From contig CAXXKJ010000002.1 in assembly GCA_963675295.2 (NCBI GenBank), positions 2,912,001 to 2,976,000 on the forward strand: a DNA stretch of 64,000 nucleotides, written 5' to 3'. Positions 60,530-64,000 of this stretch are shown here, piece after piece. The translations under genes and the position numbers were made by a program. Positions within the stretch are counted from its first letter, which is position 1. Every line of letters starts with the position of its first letter. The stretch comes from a bacterium. GTDB lineage: Bacteria > Electryoneota > Electryoneia > Electryoneales > Electryoneaceae. A model generated the notes under the pieces. The model saw only the letters and a program-made list of their open reading frames with translations, ran no database searches and was not told the DNA's origin.

Positions 60530-61363
60530 TTACTCTTTCACGCCGCCGAGTGTCAACCCACCGACCAGCCAGCGGTTGGCGACGAGGAACAACGCAACCA
60601 CCGGTACCGAAACCACCAGCGCGCCGGCGGCGTACAGCCCCCACTCGGTCGACATTGACTGTTCGAACTGCTTCAATCCCAGCGGCAACGTGTACATCGT
60701 CGGATCCTGCAACACCTGCGCCGCGACAAGATACTCCGACCACGCGCTCATGAAGCTGAACAATCCGGTGATCACCAGCGCCGGAGTCACCAACGGCAGG
60801 ATCACCTTGTAAAATGCGCTGAACCGGTTGCATCCGTCCACCATCGCCGCCTCCTCCAGGGAGTACGGAATGGTGTCATAATACCCCTTCATCGTCCACA
60901 CGCAAAACGGCATCGCGGTTGCCGAGTAGACAACGATCAGGCCAAAGTACGTGTTCAGCAGGTTCATTTTGCTGATGATGATGTACATCGGCAGCAGCAG
61001 CATCGTCGCCGGGAACATCTGCGTGGTCAGGATCGACAGCATCGCGGCGGTGCGTCCGATGAATTTGTAGCGGCTGATCGCATAACCCGCCGTCGATGCC
61101 AAGGTAACACCGAGAATCGTCACCGCCAGCGAGACAAAGGTCGAGTTCCACAGCCAGCGCAGGAACGGGCGCTCGGTGAACAGTTCGACGAAGTTCGCCC
61201 ACGTCGCGCCCTCCGGGACCAACGCCAGCGAGGTGCTCAACAACTGATCGCCCGGCCGCAACGAGATGCTGAACACGCGCAGGATCGGGTAGATCGCGAT
61301 CAGCACGAAGATCAGCAGCACGGCGTAGATCAACAGTCGCTTCAGCAATGGGTCTTTTTGCAT
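60530..61363 (-). CDS. sugar ABC transporter permease (MalG type)
   Basis: QMFP, KGYYDTIP.SLEEAA.VDG EAA loop, GGLTLGGVK. Confidence 0.95.
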   Translation of the reverse strand: MQKDPLLKRLLIYAVLLIFVLIAIYPILRVFSISLRPGDQLLSTSLALVPEGATWANFVELFTERPFLRWLWNSTFVSLAVTILGVTLASTAGYAISRYKFIGRTAAMLSILTTQMFPATMLLLPMYIIISKMNLLNTYFGLIVVYSATAMPFCVWTMKGYYDTIPYSLEEAAMVDGCNRFSAFYKVILPLVTPALVITGLFSFMSAWSEYLVAAQVLQDPTMYTLPLGLKQFEQSMSTEWGLYAAGALVVSVPVVALFLVANRWLVGGLTLGGVKE

Positions 61364-61372
61364 GTCATTGCC

Positions 61373-63883
61373 TCAATAAACCGCTTCAACGGCTTTTGCC
61401 CGCCTGAGGTAGTACACCCCGAACGCCAGCAGGATCGCGAAGATGACCATGCTCATCGCGGCGGCGTAGCCGTAACGGTAGAGATTGAACGCGCTCTTGT
61501 AGACGAACGAGACCAGGATGTGCGTGTTGTCGCTGGGTTCGCCCGCATTCGACACCAGCCAGATCACGTTCAGGTTGTTGAAGGTCCACACGGTCCCGAG
61601 CACAATCGCCGGCGCCATCACCGGTTTCAGCAATGGCAGCGTGATCGTACGCAGCTTGGTCCACCAGCCCGCGCCATCGATTTCGGCGGCTTCGTACAGT
61701 TGGGTCGGAATCGATTGTAGCCCACCCAGCGCGACGACCATCATGAACGGGAATCCGAGCCAGACATTGGTCAGGATGACGGCGAGGAACGCTTCCGTCG
61801 GTGACCCGAGCCAGTTGACCGGATTCATGTGCAGGAACTTGGTGATGACGAGGTTGATCGCCCCGTATTCCTGGTTGAACATCCCGCGCCAGGTAAGCGC
61901 GGTGATGTACTGCGGCACCGCCCACGGCAGGATCAGCAACGTGCGGATAACCCCGCGTCCGGGCAGCACACGGTGCAGCAGCAGCGCGAGGAAGACACCG
62001 ATCGTAACGTGGAACACGATGTTGGAAACGGTCCAGATCACAGTCTTGCCAAATACCGACCAGAAGCCAGGTTCGGAGAAGACTTTCACGTAGTTCTGGA
62101 AGCCGATCACGTCCCACGAGAAGAAATTGCGCAGCCCCATGTTCGACAGGCTGAGGATCACGTTGTACGCAAATGGATAGACCACGGTGATGAAGATGAC
62201 GATGAACGCCGGCAGGATCATCAGGTAGATGAACGAGCGGCTGCGCAGGTCTTTCACCAGCGCGATCATCGGCTTGACCATGACGATGAACAACGCCAAT
62301 AGGCCGAGCATCGCGATCACCTGCAGCACCGGCACATAACCCGCAGGCTCGATGACATCGTTCATCTCACGGATCTTGCGTTCCGCCTCGGACTGCATCG
62401 TCGCGGCTGCTTCCTCGGGGGTGACGGTCCCGCCGAGCACGGCCTGGTAGCTGGGCCGCATCGCATCCCAGATCGCCCGCAGTTCCGGCACCACCGGCAT
62501 TGGCGTGCCAACCTCGATCTCGGACAGACTTCCACGCATGATCGGGTTGCCGGTGATAACCGGATCGTCACGCAGGCTAAGCCGTGACGGCATGATCCCG
62601 GTCCGCGCCGCCAGTTCACGTTGTTCCGGGGTGCTCATCAGGAAGGTGAGGAAGCGGTGTGTCGCGGCGAGTTTGTCCTCGGCGATGTTGACATTCAGCG
62701 AGAATCCGCGCGGGCTGACCAGCGGGGACGGCCACCGCTGCGTCTCCTCGATGTACGGTATCCGTGCGACACCAATGTCGATGCCATCCTCGATGTAGGT
62801 CGCCCACGACCAGTCACCGTTGATGATCATCGCCGCCTGCCCCTCCTTGAACAGGGTGTGGGCGACCTCGTAGTCGGCGTTCTGCGGGGTAATCTTGTAC
62901 TTGTCACGCAGATCCTGGACAAACTGCAGCGCGCGGACATTGGCCTCGGTGTCCAGCGTTGGACGGTACTGATCGTCCATCAGCTGTCCGCCGAATCCGG
63001 TGAAAAATGGGATGAAAAAGAACGGTTCGGTGAAATTCCAGACGAGGCCGAAGCGGTCGATCTTGGAATCGCCGTCGAAGTCGAGCGTGTTCGCCTGCCC
63101 GATCTCGATCATCTCGGCGATGGTTTGCGGTGGTTCGGGGACAAATTCCTTGTTGTAGACCAGCGTCAAGTGATTGCCGAAGCGGTCGGCGACCTGGTAC
63201 AGGTGATCGTCGTACCACACCAGCGCCTGCGAGTCGAGCTCCGCCAGTTCCTGTTCGGAGAAAATGTCCTCAAGCGGACGGATAATGCCCATGGTTGCGA
63301 ATGGTCCGACCTGGTCTGAGGGTCCGTGGATCAGTTCCGGCCCACGTCCGGCGAGCGCGCTGTTCTGGTAACCGCTGCGAAGTTCTTCTGTTTCACGGTA
63401 CAACGCGGTGATCTTGATGTCCGGGTTCTGCTCTTCGAAGCGCGCGACCTGTTCCTCGAGGACCACTCGCTCGGCGTAGTTCAGCTGGTGCCAGAGGGTA
63501 ACCTCGGTGCGATCATCCTCCTCGGCGCAGCCGGTGAAAAGACCAATGGACAGCAGCAGGATTACCGTGAGGATGATCCCGGACATGAATGTCCGGGGCA
63601 CGACAGACATGGGGACACTTACTCCGACAGACACGGGGACACTTACTCCGACAGACACGGGGACACTTACTCTGTCAGACATGGGGACACTTACTCCGTT
63701 AAGTGTCCCCATGTCTGTCACGGACGTATTCACATCTTTCGGGGACACTTTGGGGACAAAGTGTCCCCTTTCCGTTGACCAGTCGGATGATCCCGACTTG
63801 CGAGCAAGTCGGGGCACACGCATGTCGTTTGGGGACACTTTAGGGACAAAGTGTCCCCTTTTGCGGCGAGATCGCCCTCTCAT
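61373..63883 (-). CDS. fused sugar-binding lipoprotein (MalE-like) + permease (MalF-like) with repeat-derived N-terminal extension
   Basis: lipobox LFTGC; SBP motifs (AAMIINGDW); permease with LQSIP..LYEAAEIDGA; ATG 63883 has GGAGGT and an ATGA overlap; alternative start at 63586. Confidence 0.88.
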   Translation of the reverse strand: MRGRSRRKRGHFVPKVSPNDMRVPRLARKSGSSDWSTERGHFVPKVSPKDVNTSVTDMGTLNGVSVPMSDRVSVPVSVGVSVPVSVGVSVPMSVVPRTFMSGIILTVILLLSIGLFTGCAEEDDRTEVTLWHQLNYAERVVLEEQVARFEEQNPDIKITALYRETEELRSGYQNSALAGRGPELIHGPSDQVGPFATMGIIRPLEDIFSEQELAELDSQALVWYDDHLYQVADRFGNHLTLVYNKEFVPEPPQTIAEMIEIGQANTLDFDGDSKIDRFGLVWNFTEPFFFIPFFTGFGGQLMDDQYRPTLDTEANVRALQFVQDLRDKYKITPQNADYEVAHTLFKEGQAAMIINGDWSWATYIEDGIDIGVARIPYIEETQRWPSPLVSPRGFSLNVNIAEDKLAATHRFLTFLMSTPEQRELAARTGIMPSRLSLRDDPVITGNPIMRGSLSEIEVGTPMPVVPELRAIWDAMRPSYQAVLGGTVTPEEAAATMQSEAERKIREMNDVIEPAGYVPVLQVIAMLGLLALFIVMVKPMIALVKDLRSRSFIYLMILPAFIVIFITVVYPFAYNVILSLSNMGLRNFFSWDVIGFQNYVKVFSEPGFWSVFGKTVIWTVSNIVFHVTIGVFLALLLHRVLPGRGVIRTLLILPWAVPQYITALTWRGMFNQEYGAINLVITKFLHMNPVNWLGSPTEAFLAVILTNVWLGFPFMMVVALGGLQSIPTQLYEAAEIDGAGWWTKLRTITLPLLKPVMAPAIVLGTVWTFNNLNVIWLVSNAGEPSDNTHILVSFVYKSAFNLYRYGYAAAMSMVIFAILLAFGVYYLRRAKAVEAVY
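63578..63858. repeat. cluster of palindromic repeats: 4 x 24-bp tandem units plus inverted copy, two GGGGACACTTT/AAAGTGTCCCC hairpins, two REP-like hairpins
   Basis: CGACAGACAYGGGGACACTTACTC x4 (63601-63696), inverted copy 63701-63720, hairpins at 63741-63768, 63831-63858, 63578-63597 and 63792-63813. Confidence 0.95.
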
Positions 63884-64000
63884 TCCCCACCTCCGACTTG
63901 CATCGCCCCTCCTCCCTGTTCGCCGGGCTGGGCGGACTCCGGGTTGATCAGCGGCGGAATCGGCGTGGTGCTGACCGGATAGCCGAGCGCCTGCAGGTGG
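63880..64000 (-). CDS. 3' end of an upstream gene (truncated by window edge)
   Basis: open frame HLQALGYPVSTTPIPPLINPESAQPGEQGGGAMQVGGGE*; TGA overlaps the ATG at 63883. Confidence 0.6.
   Translation of the reverse strand, partial: HLQALGYPVSTTPIPPLINPESAQPGEQGGGAMQVGGGE

Noticed and set aside
63601-63720. 24-bp direct repeats as a CRISPR array
   Set aside because: Units are contiguous with no unique spacers, and there are no cas genes in the window.

Overview
GC-rich chromosomal window from a diderm bacterium (Lnt, BamD). A T9SS-type C-terminal domain protein suggests an FCB-group or Calditrichota-like lineage (inference). 1-18.5 kb (- strand): flagellar operon flgB-flgC-orf-fliEFGHI-[four-helix-bundle gene]-fliJ-motE-fliK-flgD-orf-flgE-flbD-motAB-fliLM-fliY/N-fliO, with two sigma54-type promoters that share identically spaced upstream sites. 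19-31 kb (-): housekeeping genes (nadD, bamD, lnt, ruvX, HU/IHF, rel, dnaB, UDG, coaBC, rpoZ, gmk, yicC). 31-58 kb: YyaL-like protein, heme-c MCP, cls, nitroreductase, split transhydrogenase, FG-GAP/T9SS protein, katG, Gpx, Trx-NHL protein, LKR, O-methyltransferase, rubredoxin, 2-oxoacid dehydrogenase complex and lipoate ligase. 58-64 kb (-): sugar ABC transporter. Most unusual signals: (1) an AT-rich four-helix-bundle (IVP/Avd-like) gene between fliI and fliJ, bracketed by inverted heptamer arrays that could loop it out of the mRNA, with empty and solo arrays elsewhere; (2) a GGGGACAC palindromic repeat family, apparently in frame inside the signal-peptide region of the SBP-permease gene; (3) a structured flgE leader RNA candidate. 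No CRISPR array, tRNA, rRNA or transposase gene was seen.
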